From Owenia fusiformis (taxonomy: Eukaryota), in contig CAIIXF020000001.1 in NCBI GenBank assembly GCA_903813345.2, positions 31,248,001-31,312,000 on the forward strand: DNA of 64,000 bases, given 5' to 3'. The translations under genes and the position numbers were made by a program. Below are positions 62,784 to 64,000 of the stretch, piece after piece; position 1 is the first letter of the stretch; every line of letters begins with the position of its first letter. The notes beneath the pieces are model-generated. The model worked only from the letters and a program-made list of their open reading frames with translations. It did not search any database and was not told where the DNA came from.

Positions 62784-64000
62784 CTACAAAATAAACACAG
62801 AACTGCCCTTAACCAACTCTCCTCTAGGACATACATCACTAGGCACTGTATCCATCCCATTATTCAAAGTCTAATCAGTGAATCTGATTGGTTATTAGCA
62901 AAACCACATCAAGACTGAACCTGTGAATTATGGGACAGGATCTAGTCTACTACTTCGGTACCCTATTAGTTAAACCCCTGGGTCATCTTTGGGATAAGAC
63001 TTAAGCCTTGATGGGTTTGTGGATGGGACTGAATTCCACATGGTACCAACAGGTGAATAATTAGGACGGATTGCTTGTCCATGTACTACAGGTAGTCATG
63101 TGACAATTAATATGAGATCTTGGCATTTGTACTTATTGTTTGTGGTCTTTTAATAATAACCAGCACCAGCTACCAAGAGTTATGTATTATCATGATATAG
63201 TACCTAGTTACTCAGTAATGCATTTAATACAGAACTATTTCTCTGTCTTAAATTAGTCAGTTGTTGAACAGATCATCAGTAAAACCAACTAAAAGCCAGC
63301 TTCATGCACTGAGATCTAATGGCCTATTATATATTTCAATGCCATATTAAAATTCAGTGGATGTAACCCCAACTATATCATACACATCCCTTTGTGTGCA
63401 GGCAGAAGCAGCATACTCCTCAATGGGAATAATCATTCAACTTTAATGACTCTGAATGAGAGGTAATATTCAAGCATGCACACAAAGGGAAGTATATCTC
63501 TGTGCCACTTTCTAGTTCCAAGCTGTAGGTAGGAGGAGATTAGTTATTACGTGGTTTAATGGCATAAATATTCGATCCTTGTTTATCCTTGGCAGCTGGT
63601 TTAATGGAAATAAAAATTGCTAATGTTGAAAAGCCTTGGGTAGCCTACAAACTTAATAGGTTTCTATGGAAACATGACAACATCACAATAAACTACAGGA
63701 TGGAGCGATGAAATGAAATCATCAATTTCTACTTGATGGTTGGTAATACATAAAGCTCACAGTACAATAAAAGCACATTATACAACTTATTGCGATAAGA
63801 TTAATCTAGAACTTTCAGCAATACTTACATAGATATACTGCCCTCATACAGGCAGGTAAAGAACTATTTGATTACAGTAGTCTGGTAGCATCTTATTACT
63901 ATTGCATGCCTCGTAGAAGCAAGAGTTGACTTGGAACGTAATAGTAACATTATAGTAGCTTTTGATGAAGAGACAAGGGTTCAACCAGGCCATCAAAGTG

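Overview
AT-rich, intron-containing animal genomic DNA; a marine invertebrate such as an annelid or mollusc is my inference from the gene and transposon content. There is no prokaryotic signal and no CRISPR array. Manual splicing gives five protein-coding genes. These are the first coding exon of EIF2D (minus), a head-to-head WD40 + SOCS-box gene (plus, ~402 aa), a complete 20-exon CACHD1 (plus, ~1355 aa), CCNB1IP1/HEI10 (minus, 277 aa) and the 3' half of a PTB/PTBP gene (minus). A spliced non-coding or decayed-coding transcript may run divergently from CCNB1IP1. Introns and UTRs are packed with non-autonomous DNA transposons (hAT-like, Tc1/mariner, Kolobok-like, CMC/EnSpm-like, Helentron-associated HINEs), several of them nested and with readable target-site duplications. 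The strongest finding is a 34-nt PTB exon matching the vertebrate autoregulatory skip-to-NMD exon. It has a long AG-free, pyrimidine-rich acceptor region and lies downstream of a three-layer nested inverted-repeat insertion. I did not find a clearly new biological system. All calls were made by eye, without database searches.
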